DNA of 64,000 nucleotides. Origin: Clostridiales bacterium (GTDB taxonomy: Bacteria > Bacillota > Clostridia > Oscillospirales > CAG-272). A model generated the notes under the pieces. It made no database searches and was not told the origin of the DNA. It saw only the letters and a program-made list of their open reading frames with translations. Numbering within the stretch: the first letter of the stretch is position 1; every line of letters begins with the position of its first letter. A program made the translations under genes and the position numbers. Location: assembly GCA_016288155.1 (NCBI GenBank), contig JAEEYP010000048.1, positions 1,735 to 65,734 on the forward strand, given 5' to 3'. Positions 53,991 to 64,000 of the stretch are shown here, one piece after another.

Positions 53991-54347
53991 ATGCGTTTCA
54001 GACGGATCGCCGCGATCGCTGTTTTCGCTCTCGCGTATGCGATCCTTTTGTCCCTGGGCGACGAATGCCTTTTGAACCTGCTGTCGGCGGCGACGGCGGT
54101 GTCGATCGATGCGGATCCGGCCGCGCGGCGGCTGCCCGTATTCGGCGCGTTCTGCCTGGCGATCGGATGCGCGGCACTGATCCTGATCGTGTTCACCGCG
54201 ATCTGCAATATCCGGAGAACGGAGAAACTGGGGTATACGAAAAGCACGTGGATCGTGCAGTGTGCGCTCGCCGTTGCTCTTTCGCTTCCCCTGATCGTAC
54301 CGTGGGAAGCGCTGCTCGGGTATTTGTTCCGGGTCTTTACGGAGTAG
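53991..54347 (+). CDS. Small multi-TM membrane protein (118 aa)
   Basis: ATG 8 nt after gagaggagg. Three to four hydrophobic helices. Confidence 0.5.
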   Translation: MRFRRIAAIAVFALAYAILLSLGDECLLNLLSAATAVSIDADPAARRLPVFGAFCLAIGCAALILIVFTAICNIRRTEKLGYTKSTWIVQCALAVALSLPLIVPWEALLGYLFRVFTE

Positions 54348-54439
54348 ACGCCGGGGGCGCGGGCGGACGCCGGGAAGAGAAGAAAACGGCGGTTTTTCGG
54401 AAAAAAGTCAAAAAACGCGGCAAATTATCCGCGAACGGG

Positions 54440-54468
54440 TTGACCGTTCCGCGCGAATTCGGTATAAT
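54440..54468 (+). promoter_or_regulatory. Promoter of the peptide ABC transporter operon
   Basis: TTGACC, a 17-nt spacer, then TATAAT. Confidence 0.65.
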
Positions 54469-54519
54469 AATATAGGTGACAGATTCCCGCCCGCATCCTT
54501 TTGAAACGGAGATGTCGTG

Positions 54520-55437
54520 ATGACTAAATATATAGTGAAGCGGCTGTTTATGGCGGTGCTGACCGTCTTCGTCGTTGCCACGCTCACTTTCTTTCTGATG
54601 AACACCGTACCCGGCGGTCCGTACGAAGCGGAAAAGTCCATCAGCCCGCAGGCCAAGGCGGCGCTCGAAGCCAAATTCGGGTTGGACAAGCCGCTGTTCG
54701 AGCAGTACCTGACCTATCTGAAGAACATCCTGCACGGGGACTTCGGTCCCTCCCTGAAACAGCGCGGACGCAACGTCATCGACATCATCCTCACGAAGTT
54801 TCCCGTTTCCGCGAAAGTGGGACTGATCTCCGTCATGGTGTCTCTGATCGTGGGCGTCCCGGTCGGCTGCATCGCGGCGATGAAACGGGGCAAGATGTCC
54901 GACAGCGCGATCATCGTCATCGCCACCGTGGGGATCGCCGTGCCGAGCTTCGTCGTGTGCTCCCTGTCCATGTACTTTTTCGGCGTGAAGCTCCGATGGC
55001 TCCCGACGGTGGGGCTCACGACCTGGAAGCACTATATCATGCCGGTCTTCTCTCTGAGCTTCTATCCGACGACGTACATCGTCCGTCTGATGCGTTCGTC
55101 CATGCTCGACGTGCTCGGACAGGATTACATGCGTACCGCCCGCGCGAAGGGCGTGTCACAGGTCGTGAGCCTCTTCAAGCACGCGCTGCGCAACGCCATC
55201 CTTCCGGTCGTGACCTATCTCGGACCGATGATGGCGTATACCATCACCGGTTCGTTCATCGTCGAAAAGGTGTTCACCATCCCCGGTCTGGGCGGCGAGT
55301 TCGTCAGTTCGATCACGAACCGGGACTATATGATGATCATGGGGACGACGATCTTTCTCGCGACGCTCATGGTCGTCATCAACGTCGTCGTGGACATCGT
55401 CTACAAATTCATCGATCCGCGGATCAATCTGAAATGA
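54520..55437 (+). CDS. Oligopeptide/dipeptide ABC transporter permease (OppB/DppB family)
   Basis: MTKYIVKRLFMAVLTVFVVATLTFFLMN..PGGP N-terminus, plus an EAA-loop region DYMRTARAKG. Confidence 0.85.
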   Translation: MTKYIVKRLFMAVLTVFVVATLTFFLMNTVPGGPYEAEKSISPQAKAALEAKFGLDKPLFEQYLTYLKNILHGDFGPSLKQRGRNVIDIILTKFPVSAKVGLISVMVSLIVGVPVGCIAAMKRGKMSDSAIIVIATVGIAVPSFVVCSLSMYFFGVKLRWLPTVGLTTWKHYIMPVFSLSFYPTTYIVRLMRSSMLDVLGQDYMRTARAKGVSQVVSLFKHALRNAILPVVTYLGPMMAYTITGSFIVEKVFTIPGLGGEFVSSITNRDYMMIMGTTIFLATLMVVINVVVDIVYKFIDPRINLK

Positions 55438-55452
55438 AACGGGGCGATAGAT

Positions 55453-56493
55453 ATGAATAGGAACCCGTTGTCGCTCCAGTTCAAGGCGGACGATTTCCTG
55501 CTCGCCACCGACGCGGAAAAGCAGGAGCTTGCCGCGATGAGGGATTCCGTCGGCTTCTGGCGGGACAGTCTGAGGCGGCTCGTGAAAAACAAGGTCGCGA
55601 TGGTGAGCTTCTTCGTCATCGTCGTCATCATGTTCTTTTCGTTCGTCGTGCCGTCCTTCTACCCTTATTCCTACGAACAGCAGCAGAAGGGCGCGGAAAA
55701 CCTCCGTCCCATGACCTATTCCGCGGCGGAACAGGAACGGATCGCCGCCGGGGAAAAGGTCACGCCCCACTATCTCGGCACGGATAAGCTCGGACGGGAT
55801 TACGCCGTGCGGATCATGGTCGGCAGCCGCATCTCCCTCACGGTCGGTCTGGGCGCCGCCGTGATCATCCTCTTCATCGGTGCGCTGTACGGCTCGATCG
55901 CCGCGTTCTTCGGCGGATGGGTCGATATCATCATGATGCGCATCGTGGATATCATCTACACGATCCCGGACGTGCTCCTGATCGTCCTGCTCTCGATCTC
56001 GCTCAAAGCGCCGCTCGATGCGCTCTCCGAAAACCCGGCGTTCCGCTGGGTCGGGACGGTCGGGCCGAACCTCATCAGCATCTTCATCGTCTTCGCCCTC
56101 CTGTACTGGGTCGGCATGGCCCGCATCGTGCGCAGTCAGGTGCTCGTGCTCCGCGAAAGCGAATACGTCACCGCGGCGAAAGCGCTCGGCGCCGGCAACG
56201 GACGCATCATCCGCAAGCACCTTTTGACCAACTGCATTGGCACGCTGATCGTTACGACGACGCTCCAGATCCCGTCCTCGATCTTCACGGAGAGTTATCT
56301 TTCTTTCCTCGGACTCGGCGTCGCCGCACCTCTGCCCAGTCTCGGCAGTCTCGCGAGCACCGCCATCAACGGCATGAACACCTATCCGTATCTGCTGATC
56401 GCGCCGTCCGTGCTCATCAGCCTGATCATCTTGAGCTTCAACCTCTTCGGCGACGGTCTGCGCGACGCGTTCGACCCGAGACTGAAGAAGTAA
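55453..56493 (+). CDS. Oligopeptide/dipeptide ABC transporter permease (OppC/DppC family)
   Basis: 346 aa, with [12 protein letters not shown] in the EAA loop. Confidence 0.85.
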   Translation: MNRNPLSLQFKADDFLLATDAEKQELAAMRDSVGFWRDSLRRLVKNKVAMVSFFVIVVIMFFSFVVPSFYPYSYEQQQKGAENLRPMTYSAAEQERIAAGEKVTPHYLGTDKLGRDYAVRIMVGSRISLTVGLGAAVIILFIGALYGSIAAFFGGWVDIIMMRIVDIIYTIPDVLLIVLLSISLKAPLDALSENPAFRWVGTVGPNLISIFIVFALLYWVGMARIVRSQVLVLRESEYVTAAKALGAGNGRIIRKHLLTNCIGTLIVTTTLQIPSSIFTESYLSFLGLGVAAPLPSLGSLASTAINGMNTYPYLLIAPSVLISLIILSFNLFGDGLRDAFDPRLKK

Positions 56494-56504
56494 GGAGGCG
56501 CGGC

Positions 56505-57521
56505 ATGAACGAACATCTCGTCGATATCCGGCATCTCAGGCTTTCCTTCTTTACCCCGGCGGGAGAGGTCAAGGCGCTGCGCGACGTGTCCCTGTATCTC
56601 GACGAAGGCGAAGTGCTCGGCATCGTGGGCGAGTCGGGATCGGGCAAGTCCGTGACCGCGTACAGCATCATGGGGCTCACCGCCGACCCCGGAAGGATCA
56701 TCGGCGGCACGGTGCACTTCAACGGCCACGAGATCGAAAAGCTCAGCGAAAAGGAACTGCGGAAGATCCGCGGCAAGGAGGTCTCGATCATTTTCCAGGA
56801 TCCGATGACCTCCCTCAATCCCGTGTACACCGTCGGTTCTCAGATCGAAGAGGCGATCCTGCTCCATACCGAAAAAACGAAAGCCGAGGCGAAAGAGCGC
56901 GCCGTCGATCTGCTCCGGCTGGTAGGCATCAACGAGCCGGAGAAACGGATCAAACAGTATCCCCACGAGCTTTCCGGCGGGATGCGCCAGCGCGTCATGA
57001 TCGCGATGGCGCTCGCGTGCGAGCCGAAGCTCCTGATCGCGGACGAACCGACGACCGCCCTCGACGTGACGATCCAGGCGCAGATCCTCGATCTCATCAC
57101 CGATCTGAAAAAGAAGCTCGGCATGGCCGTCATCCTGATCACGCACGATCTCGGGATCGTGTCGTCCATGTGCGACCGGATCGCGGTCATGTATGCCGGC
57201 AAAGTCGTGGAATGCGGCGAGACGGACGACATCTTCTACCGTCCGCAGCACGAATACACGAAAGGACTTCTGCGCAGCGTGCCGGATATCAGCGAGGAAG
57301 AATCACAGCGCCTCATCGCCATCGAAGGCAGCCCCGTGGATCTTCTGGCCCCCCCGGCCGGCTGTCCGTTCGCGCCGCGCTGTCCGAACTGCATGAAGAT
57401 CTGCCTCAGGGAAATGCCGCCGTACCATTCGTTCAGCGACCGGCATTATTCCGCCTGCTGGCTGACCGAAAAAGCGGAAGCCGAAAACGGCGGAAAGGAG
57501 ACGGACGATGGCCGCTCGTGA
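56505..57521 (+). CDS. Peptide ABC transporter ATP-binding protein (OppD/DppD family)
   Basis: Trimmed the track ORF to [15 protein letters not shown]. It has [16 protein letters not shown] and the C-terminal oligopeptide-ABC extension. Confidence 0.85.
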   Translation: MNEHLVDIRHLRLSFFTPAGEVKALRDVSLYLDEGEVLGIVGESGSGKSVTAYSIMGLTADPGRIIGGTVHFNGHEIEKLSEKELRKIRGKEVSIIFQDPMTSLNPVYTVGSQIEEAILLHTEKTKAEAKERAVDLLRLVGINEPEKRIKQYPHELSGGMRQRVMIAMALACEPKLLIADEPTTALDVTIQAQILDLITDLKKKLGMAVILITHDLGIVSSMCDRIAVMYAGKVVECGETDDIFYRPQHEYTKGLLRSVPDISEEESQRLIAIEGSPVDLLAPPAGCPFAPRCPNCMKICLREMPPYHSFSDRHYSACWLTEKAEAENGGKETDDGRS

Positions 57522-58569
57522 TCTCATAGAAGTCCGGAATCTCCGGCAGTATTTCCGCGTGACCGGCGGCGGCTTCTTCGGCACCACGTGGGTCAAGGCC
57601 GTGGACGACGTGTCGTTCTCCATCCCGCGCGGCACCACCCTCGGACTGGTCGGGGAATCCGGCTGCGGCAAGACGACGACGGGACGCTCCATCCTCCGTC
57701 TGTACGAACCGACGGGCGGCCGCATCGTCTACGACGGGAAAACGATCTTCGATTCCGGCGACGTCCCCCTGTACGATGAGGAAGGAAAGCCGGTCACGGA
57801 CGCGGACGGCAAGCCGGTCTATGGAAAAAAGACGGCGGTCAACATGCTTCCCTACCGGCGGAAGATGCAGATCGTCTTCCAGGATCCGTACGCCAGCCTC
57901 GATCCCCGCATGACCATCGGCGATATCATCGGCGAGGCGATCGACATCCACAAGCTCGCGCCTTCCGCGGAGAAGCGGCGGGAAATGATCATCACGATGC
58001 TCGAACGCGTGGGTCTCAACTCGGAGCACGCCAACCGCTATCCGCACGAGTTTTCCGGCGGGCAGCGCCAGCGGGTCGGCATCGCGCGGGCGCTCGCCGT
58101 CGATCCCGAATTCATCGTCTGCGACGAGCCGATCTCCGCGCTCGACGTGTCGATCCAGGCGCAGGTCATCAATATGCTCGAAGACCTGCAGCGCGAGTTC
58201 GGTCTGACCTATCTGTTCATCGCGCACGATCTGAGCGTCGTCAAGCATATTTCCTCCCGCATCGGCGTCATGTATCTCGGCAAGCTCGTGGAAATGGCGG
58301 ACAGCAGCGAGATCACGTTCCGTTCCCGCCATCCCTACACGAAAAGCCTCATTTCCGCGATCCCCATCGCCGATCCGGAAAAGAGCCGCCGCACGAAGCG
58401 CATCGTTCTCGAAGGGGATATCCCGAGTCCGGTCAATCCGCCTTCCGGGTGCCGCTTCCGCACGAGATGTCCGTACGCGGACGCGTGCTGCGCGGAAACG
58501 GAGCCGGAATGGAAGGAAGTCTCCCCCGGTCATTTTTGCGCCTGCCATCATCTCGATCTCGTCAAGTGA
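57508..58569 (+). CDS. Peptide ABC transporter ATP-binding protein (OppF/DppF family)
   Basis: [26 protein letters not shown]. Confidence 0.85.
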   Translation: MAARDLIEVRNLRQYFRVTGGGFFGTTWVKAVDDVSFSIPRGTTLGLVGESGCGKTTTGRSILRLYEPTGGRIVYDGKTIFDSGDVPLYDEEGKPVTDADGKPVYGKKTAVNMLPYRRKMQIVFQDPYASLDPRMTIGDIIGEAIDIHKLAPSAEKRREMIITMLERVGLNSEHANRYPHEFSGGQRQRVGIARALAVDPEFIVCDEPISALDVSIQAQVINMLEDLQREFGLTYLFIAHDLSVVKHISSRIGVMYLGKLVEMADSSEITFRSRHPYTKSLISAIPIADPEKSRRTKRIVLEGDIPSPVNPPSGCRFRTRCPYADACCAETEPEWKEVSPGHFCACHHLDLVK

Positions 58570-58668
58570 CGCCTTCGGCAGGATCGCAGCAAATTCGGAT
58601 AGGATCCGCGGCCCGCAGCGCGGGCACGGGTTTTATAAATCAAAAACCATTTTTCAAGGAGGAAAACC

Positions 58669-60285
58669 ATGAAAAAGCTGACCCTTTTGCTCGCGCTCAT
58701 TATGGTCATCGGCATAGTCCTTCCGGCCTGCGGCGGCTCGGGTTCCGGCGGCAAGGTCCTGACCGTTCAGGTCGGTCCCGATCCGGAAACGCTCGATCCC
58801 GCTCTGAACAGCGCCGTGGACGGCGGCAATATGCTGCTGCACACCTTTGAGTGCCTGCTCACCGTCGATCAGAACGGTGCGATCGCTCCCGGCTGCGCCG
58901 AAACGTGGGAGAGCTCCGCGGACGGCCTGACCTGGACCTTCCATCTCCGCGACGGACTGAAATGGTCCGACGGCTCCGCCTTCAAGGCGTCCGATTTCGT
59001 GTACAGCTGGCAGCGCGTCGCCGATCCGGAGACCGCCGCTCCGTACGCGGACACCGTGCTCTGGCCGGTCGAAAACTTTGACGCCGTGTTCAACGGAGAA
59101 GCCGATCCTTCGACGCTCGGCGTTTCCGCTCCCGACGACAAGACCTTCGTCGTCAAGCTCAGCGCGGCCTGCCCGTACTTCGAGAGCCTTGCCGCGTTCG
59201 CGACCCTGAGCCCCGTCAACCCGGCGACCGTCGAAGCGAACGGCGACGCCTGGGCTGTCAAGCCCGAGACCTACATCTCGAACGGTCCGTTCATGATCAC
59301 CGAGTGGGTGCCGGGCAGCCACATCGTCACGAAGGCCAACCCGAACTACTGGAACAAGAAAGCCATCAAGCTTGACGCCATCAAGTGGCTGCTCATCGAG
59401 GACGCCAACGCCTCGTACAGCGCGTTCCAGACCGGCGAAGCGCTCTTCATCAAGGACGTTCCGACCGAAGAGATCCCGAGCCTTCTGAACAACTCCGAGT
59501 TCCACATCGATCCGATCCTCGGCACGTATTACCTCAACCTCAACTGCACGAAGGCCCCGTTCGACAACGCGAACGTCAGAAAAGCCCTGAGCCTCGCGAT
59601 CGACCGCGATTACGTGGCGAACACGATCATGCAGGGCACCTACATCGCGGCGTACAACTTCATGGGTCCCGGCTGGGCGGATCCGGCGGGCGGCGACTTC
59701 TATGCCAAAGCCAACGGCGGCCAGCCGTACATCAGCTCCGACTATGAAGCGAACCTCGCCGAGGCTAAGAGCCTGATGCAGGCGGCCGGCTACAGCGGCA
59801 GCGCGGACAAGCTCGACCTCAAGATCACCTACACGACGAACGATTCCGGCTACCACAAGGTCGTCGCCGAGTACCTCCAGGAAGCCTGGAAGCAGATCGG
59901 CATCGAGCTGAAGGTGGAGATCGTCGAATGGGCGTCCTTCACTCCGATGCGCCGCGCCGGCGACTACATGGCCGCCCGCAACGGCTGGGTCGGCGACTAC
60001 AGCGATCCGTCCAACATGATCGAGCTCCTCTACTCCTCGAACGGCAACAACGACGGCAAGTACAACAACTCCGCCTTTGACGCCGCCATCGACCTGTCCC
60101 GCTCCACGATGGACAAGAACGAGCGCTCGAGAGCTCTGCATCAGGCGGAGGACATCCTGATGGATACCGCCGGCTGCATCCCGGTCGCGTACTACACGGA
60201 CTTCTATCTCCAGAGCGCGAAGATCACCGGTATGTGGCATTCCGCCTACGGTTACTGGTACTTCATGTACGCGGATATCAACTGA
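58669..60285 (+). CDS. Peptide ABC transporter substrate-binding lipoprotein (family 5, OppA/DppA-like)
   Basis: Lipobox VLPACGG, followed by DPALNSAVDG...LKWSDG. Confidence 0.85.
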   Translation: MKKLTLLLALIMVIGIVLPACGGSGSGGKVLTVQVGPDPETLDPALNSAVDGGNMLLHTFECLLTVDQNGAIAPGCAETWESSADGLTWTFHLRDGLKWSDGSAFKASDFVYSWQRVADPETAAPYADTVLWPVENFDAVFNGEADPSTLGVSAPDDKTFVVKLSAACPYFESLAAFATLSPVNPATVEANGDAWAVKPETYISNGPFMITEWVPGSHIVTKANPNYWNKKAIKLDAIKWLLIEDANASYSAFQTGEALFIKDVPTEEIPSLLNNSEFHIDPILGTYYLNLNCTKAPFDNANVRKALSLAIDRDYVANTIMQGTYIAAYNFMGPGWADPAGGDFYAKANGGQPYISSDYEANLAEAKSLMQAAGYSGSADKLDLKITYTTNDSGYHKVVAEYLQEAWKQIGIELKVEIVEWASFTPMRRAGDYMAARNGWVGDYSDPSNMIELLYSSNGNNDGKYNNSAFDAAIDLSRSTMDKNERSRALHQAEDILMDTAGCIPVAYYTDFYLQSAKITGMWHSAYGYWYFMYADIN

Positions 60286-60325
60286 TCCCGTCCTGAGCGG
60301 CTGAGAGCCGCGCCAAACGAAAAAA

Positions 60326-60364
60326 CTTCCCCGGGGCGTGTGGTCCCGGGGAAGATCTTTTCCG
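60326..60364 (+). terminator. Intrinsic terminator after the transporter operon
   Basis: Hairpin CUUCCCCGG-ggcguguggu-CCCGGGGAAG followed by AUCUUUU. Confidence 0.7.
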
Positions 60365-60388
60365 GCGTACCGGAGAGCGGAGGGAAGA

Positions 60389-61156
60389 ATGGAGTATCAG
60401 GATATCAACGCCGAGACGATCGACCGCTGGGTCGAGAAGGGATGGGAGTGGGGAAAGCCGATTTCCCACGAGCGGTACGTGAAGGCTGCACAGGGGGACT
60501 GGGACGTCCTCCTTACGCCGACGAAGCCGGTCCCGCATGAATGGCTCGGTGAATTGAGGGGGAAAAAGCTTCTCGGTCTCGCGTGCGGCGGCGGTCAGCA
60601 GATGCCGATCTTCGCCGCGCTCGGCGCGGACTGCACGGTCCTGGACTATTCGAGAAAACAGCTGGAAAGCGAAATGGCAGTCGCGGAGAGGGAAGACTAC
60701 GCGATCCGGATCGTCCGCGCGGATATGACGAAGCCTCTGCCGTTTGAGGACGGGGCGTTCGACGTCATTTTCCATCCCGTATCGAACTGCTACGTGAAGG
60801 ATGTAAAAAGCATCTGGAGAGAATGCGCGAGAGTCCTGAAGCCGGGAGGATCTCTTTTGTCCGGCGTCGACCATTACGTCAATTATATCGTCGATGCGGA
60901 GGAGAGAGAGATCGTCAACCGCCTTCCGTTCGATCCCACAAAGAACGAGGAACAGCGGAAGCAGCTGGAGCGCGACGACGCCGGCATGCAGTTCTCCCAT
61001 TCGCTGGAGGAACAGATCAACGGGCAGCTGGAGGCGGGCTTCACGCTTCTGGCGCTGTATGAGGACACGAACGGCGTGGGCCGCCTGCACGAGATGAACA
61101 TCCCCACGTATTTGGCGATGAGAGCGAGAAAACGGATATCCGGAAACGGAGAATGA
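60389..61156 (+). CDS. Class I SAM-dependent methyltransferase
   Basis: Motif I LLGLACGGGQQ, plus the VLDYS and VLKPGG blocks. Start at MEYQDIN, after ggaggg. Confidence 0.75.
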   Translation: MEYQDINAETIDRWVEKGWEWGKPISHERYVKAAQGDWDVLLTPTKPVPHEWLGELRGKKLLGLACGGGQQMPIFAALGADCTVLDYSRKQLESEMAVAEREDYAIRIVRADMTKPLPFEDGAFDVIFHPVSNCYVKDVKSIWRECARVLKPGGSLLSGVDHYVNYIVDAEEREIVNRLPFDPTKNEEQRKQLERDDAGMQFSHSLEEQINGQLEAGFTLLALYEDTNGVGRLHEMNIPTYLAMRARKRISGNGE

Positions 61157-61332
61157 TCCGTGACGTACGGCGCCGTCCCGAAAAAACGGTGTTTGAGGTG
61201 ATAAAGGAAGGGACGAGGAACGTGCGCGATCTTTCGGCGAATGCCGAAAATAACGAAGATCAGCCTCGGCGCATCCGCCGGAGGAGTGCCGCCGAGCGTT
61301 GAGTAAGGATCCGAAGCAAGGAGAAGAAGGAT

Positions 61333-61746
61333 ATGGAAAAGTCGGAAGTGATCCGATTCATATCGAAGCGGAAAACGGCGTTCATCGCATCCGTAAACGA
61401 GCTGGGACAGCCGGTCGTGCGGGCGATGCTTGCCCCGCGGAAGATCGAGGGCGGCGAAATCTATTTTTCGACCAACACTTCATCAAACAAGGTCAGGCAG
61501 TATACGGCGAACGACAAAGCCTGCGTTTACTTTTACAGGCGCGGCGTATTCCGTTATCAGGGCGTCTGTATCGTCGGGACGATGGAGGTACGTACCGATC
61601 AGCCGACCAAAGACGCTCTTTGGCGTCCCGGCGACAGAGTTTTCTACAAACAGGGGGCGACCGATCCCGATTACTGCGTTCTGAAATTCACGTGCCGGAC
61701 GGCGGAGGTCTACTGCGATCTGAAGACCGAGACCGTGGCGTTCTGA
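61333..61746 (+). CDS. Pyridoxamine 5'-phosphate oxidase-family (FMN-binding split barrel) protein
   Basis: 137 aa, AFIASVNELGQPVVRAM...IYFSTNTSSNKVRQ... Confidence 0.65.
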   Translation: MEKSEVIRFISKRKTAFIASVNELGQPVVRAMLAPRKIEGGEIYFSTNTSSNKVRQYTANDKACVYFYRRGVFRYQGVCIVGTMEVRTDQPTKDALWRPGDRVFYKQGATDPDYCVLKFTCRTAEVYCDLKTETVAF

Positions 61747-61856
61747 CGGCTGCTTCTCCGAATGAGGGGGACGTTTTTCCGGCGGCGCTGGATCCGCGCA
61801 GCCTGACACCGACGGACAGACGATGGAGCAGGGGGATCCGTTCCCGAAGTCCGGTA

Positions 61857-61885
61857 TTGACTTTCGTGTTTCCGCGTGGTATAAT
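61857..61885 (+). promoter_or_regulatory. Promoter of the GH5 lipoprotein gene
   Basis: TTGACT, a 17-nt spacer, then TATAAT. Confidence 0.65.
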
Positions 61886-61966
61886 CAAAAACGGAACGAC
61901 CGGTTTTAATAATGCGGCTTCACAATTCAGAATAATGAACGGAAAAAGAGGGAAGGTGTTTTTCAG

Positions 61967-63445
61967 ATGCCTGCACACAGCGAAGACAGAACGGCCTGCG
62001 GCAAAGCGTTTTGGGGGAGATCCCTGCTCGTCCTCCTCGCGTGGTGTATCGTTTTGCCCGTCGTCCTTGGAGCGTGCGGCGGCGGCACCGGGGGAACGGC
62101 GGACTCCGTGAGCGATCCGCCGCAGAAGGAGACGGAGCCGCCGAAGGATACCTCCGGGGAGGAAACGTCCGGCGGCGGGAACGGATCGGACGATCCCGTC
62201 CCGGAAGAACGGACCCCGTCGGCGTATTTTGATTACGGGATCCCCGCGCCCGGCGAGAGGAACCCGTCTCACCTCGGATTCCACGTCGCAGACGGCGGCG
62301 AGATACAGCTCGCCGGGAAACGGTACTGCGGCTTCGGCGTGAACTATTTCGGCGCGTTCGCCCATTACTGGGACGGCGATTACGATCAGACGCCGTTCGT
62401 CGAAGCGTTCGCCAAACTGAAGGAATACGGCGTCGATTATATCCGCATGCCCTTCGGCGGGTACTGGACGGACTATTACGCGGCGTTCTCAAAGGACCCG
62501 GAGGCCGTGCTGCGGTATCTCGACCGCGTGGTGGAGGAAGCGGAGAAGGCGCATATCGGGATCATCGTCTCCCTCTTCTGGCACGACGCCGCCCTGCCGC
62601 AGTACCTTGGGGAGCATCGGGCGGCGATGGGCGATCCGGAGAGTGAAACGGTGAAGTTCGCCCTCGACTATACCGCCGCGATCGTCAGCCGGTACGCCGC
62701 CTCTCCCGCCGTCTGGGCATGGGAGATCGGGAATGAATACAACCTTTCGGCGGACCTGTGCGACACCGTCGAATGGAACTGGGTGTGGAGCCTTCCCGGC
62801 GAAGAGCCGAGCGGCTTCGACTACTATTCCTCCGACGAGATGATCGTCTTCTACACCCTGATCGGGGAGAAGATCAGGGAGTACGACGGCTGGCGCATGA
62901 TCGAAAGCGGGAACGGGGAGATGCGGTCCTTCGCCCATGCGAGCGCCGAGCAGTCCCGCGCGATGGACCCGGAGAAGCACTCGTGGACGGTGGACTGGAC
63001 GAAGAACACCCGCGATGAATTCGATGAAATGAACGCACGGATGACGCCCGATCCGCTGGACTGCGTCTGCTTCCATCTGCAGCACGGGACGGATGACGGT
63101 TCCGGGCAGTATATCGATACGATGTCCCCGTGGGGAAAGACGATCGCACAGGTGGAATACTTCACCGCGTACAAGGAAGCCGCCGACGCCTGCGGAAAAG
63201 GATGTATCTTCGGCGAGATGGGCGATTTTCTGGACATGAACGACGCGCCGGATCTTGAGGAATACTTCGGCTACGTGCTCGAGGATATCCGCCTCTCCGG
63301 CATCCAGCTCGCCCTGACCTGGCAGTTTCAGGATTTCACCGACGCCGGGGTCGACGGCATGAAGCTGCGCATGATCGGCGAGGCGAACGCGGAGTTCAAA
63401 GCCGCCGGGGTCGAGGACTGCGACGCGGCGTTTGCCGGGAATTGA
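61967..63445 (+). CDS. Lipoprotein glycoside hydrolase, GH5-like (TIM barrel)
   Basis: Lipobox VVLGACGG, a low-complexity linker, and VWAWEIGNEYN, the GH5 acid/base NE motif. Confidence 0.65.
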   Translation: MPAHSEDRTACGKAFWGRSLLVLLAWCIVLPVVLGACGGGTGGTADSVSDPPQKETEPPKDTSGEETSGGGNGSDDPVPEERTPSAYFDYGIPAPGERNPSHLGFHVADGGEIQLAGKRYCGFGVNYFGAFAHYWDGDYDQTPFVEAFAKLKEYGVDYIRMPFGGYWTDYYAAFSKDPEAVLRYLDRVVEEAEKAHIGIIVSLFWHDAALPQYLGEHRAAMGDPESETVKFALDYTAAIVSRYAASPAVWAWEIGNEYNLSADLCDTVEWNWVWSLPGEEPSGFDYYSSDEMIVFYTLIGEKIREYDGWRMIESGNGEMRSFAHASAEQSRAMDPEKHSWTVDWTKNTRDEFDEMNARMTPDPLDCVCFHLQHGTDDGSGQYIDTMSPWGKTIAQVEYFTAYKEAADACGKGCIFGEMGDFLDMNDAPDLEEYFGYVLEDIRLSGIQLALTWQFQDFTDAGVDGMKLRMIGEANAEFKAAGVEDCDAAFAGN

Positions 63446-63460
63446 ATATCGGCCGAGACA

Positions 63461-63491
63461 AAAAGCCGTTCCCGTTCGGGAACGGCTTTTT
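63461..63491. terminator. Bidirectional terminator between convergent genes
   Basis: Hairpin AAAAGCCGUUCCC-guuc-GGGAACGGCUUUUU. Confidence 0.8.
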
Positions 63492-63538
63492 CGCGCCGTC
63501 GGACCGCAGACCGCCGATCCGCCCCGGGAAAACTGCCT

Positions 63539-63940
63539 TTACATACTTTGCAGAACGAGACCGACTAAGGAAAGGATCAGCCCCGCCGGGATCAGCACGA
63601 TCCCGAGGATGAGAATGATATTGTAGACCTTCACCGAATCGTAATGGAACGGCTGCGCCTCTTCGGGCTTATTCGGATTGTACCAGATGGTACACGTGTC
63701 CTCGGGACCGTTTGCCTGAGAAGTGCGGATCGTCGACCGTATCTGATACTCGACCCCGTTGACGGAATAAGAATAAACGTAGGAATGCCCGGCAGCGCCG
63801 TCGGGATGGGAACGTATCCATGCGTCCCTCAGCCGTCCCTCCGTCTGCGCGGAACAGCGGGCGTTCTTTCTTTTGTTGATCGGAGCGACGATAACGAAGA
63901 TCAGACCCAGAATAAAGAGCGCGAGACCGGCGAATGCCAT
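63539..63940 (-). CDS. DUF3592-like membrane protein
   Basis: Trimmed to MAFAGLALFILGLIFVIV after ggagg. Two TM helices flank a soluble beta-rich segment. Confidence 0.5.
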   Translation of the reverse strand: MAFAGLALFILGLIFVIVAPINKRKNARCSAQTEGRLRDAWIRSHPDGAAGHSYVYSYSVNGVEYQIRSTIRTSQANGPEDTCTIWYNPNKPEEAQPFHYDSVKVYNIILILGIVLIPAGLILSLVGLVLQSM

Positions 63941-64000
63941 GACCGTACCTCCGTGGATCGTTTTGTGTGATACCCGACGAAAACAGCGTCCCATGCCGCC

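Overview
GC-rich chromosomal segment with Firmicutes/Clostridia-type gene order; the taxon is inferred from synteny, SLH-domain proteins and TTGACA-N17-TATAAT promoters. I saw no transposase, integrase, CRISPR array, rRNA or tRNA gene.

The housekeeping backbone is conserved:
- infC-rpmI-rplT, preceded by an L20-type leader/attenuator
- a TrmH-family methyltransferase
- dprA-topA-trmFO
- rnc-smc-ftsY
- rdgB-yhbY-nadD-yqeK-LCP-rsfS-leuS

Accessory content:
- mgtE followed by a cytoplasmic serine hydrolase
- a cytoplasmic lyase-like protein paired with an alkaline-phosphatase-family protein
- a cell-surface locus: a ~1066-aa beta-helix/Listeria-Bacteroides-repeat protein, a 40-aa acidic peptide ORF, and an LRR-(DPTPx)n-SLH protein
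- an orphan GH94 phosphorylase
- a NUDIX/EamA/GNAT/YhfC/amidohydrolase cluster
- one continuous GNAT plus beta-helix ORF
- a DUF5131 / degenerate-PAP2 / small-membrane-protein cluster
- an Opp/Dpp-type peptide ABC transporter in the order B-C-D-F-A
- a GH5 lipoprotein

The most interesting signal is two clear T-box leaders. Each has a K-turn, AGAGA bulge, GGUGCGA distal loop, the UGGUACCGCG T-box and an intrinsic terminator. Each sits in front of a paralogous three-domain protein: XRE-HTH + cupin + ACSM/MACS-type acyl-CoA synthetase.

One copy heads a tightly packed minus-strand operon (6086 down to 1). That operon continues with a P-loop NTPase, a four-subunit delta-alpha-beta-gamma 2-oxoacid:ferredoxin oxidoreductase and a branched-chain aminotransferase. 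I read this as a tRNA-charging-controlled module that makes amino acids from short or branched carboxylic acids by CoA activation, reductive carboxylation and transamination. This reading is inference and was not checked against any database.
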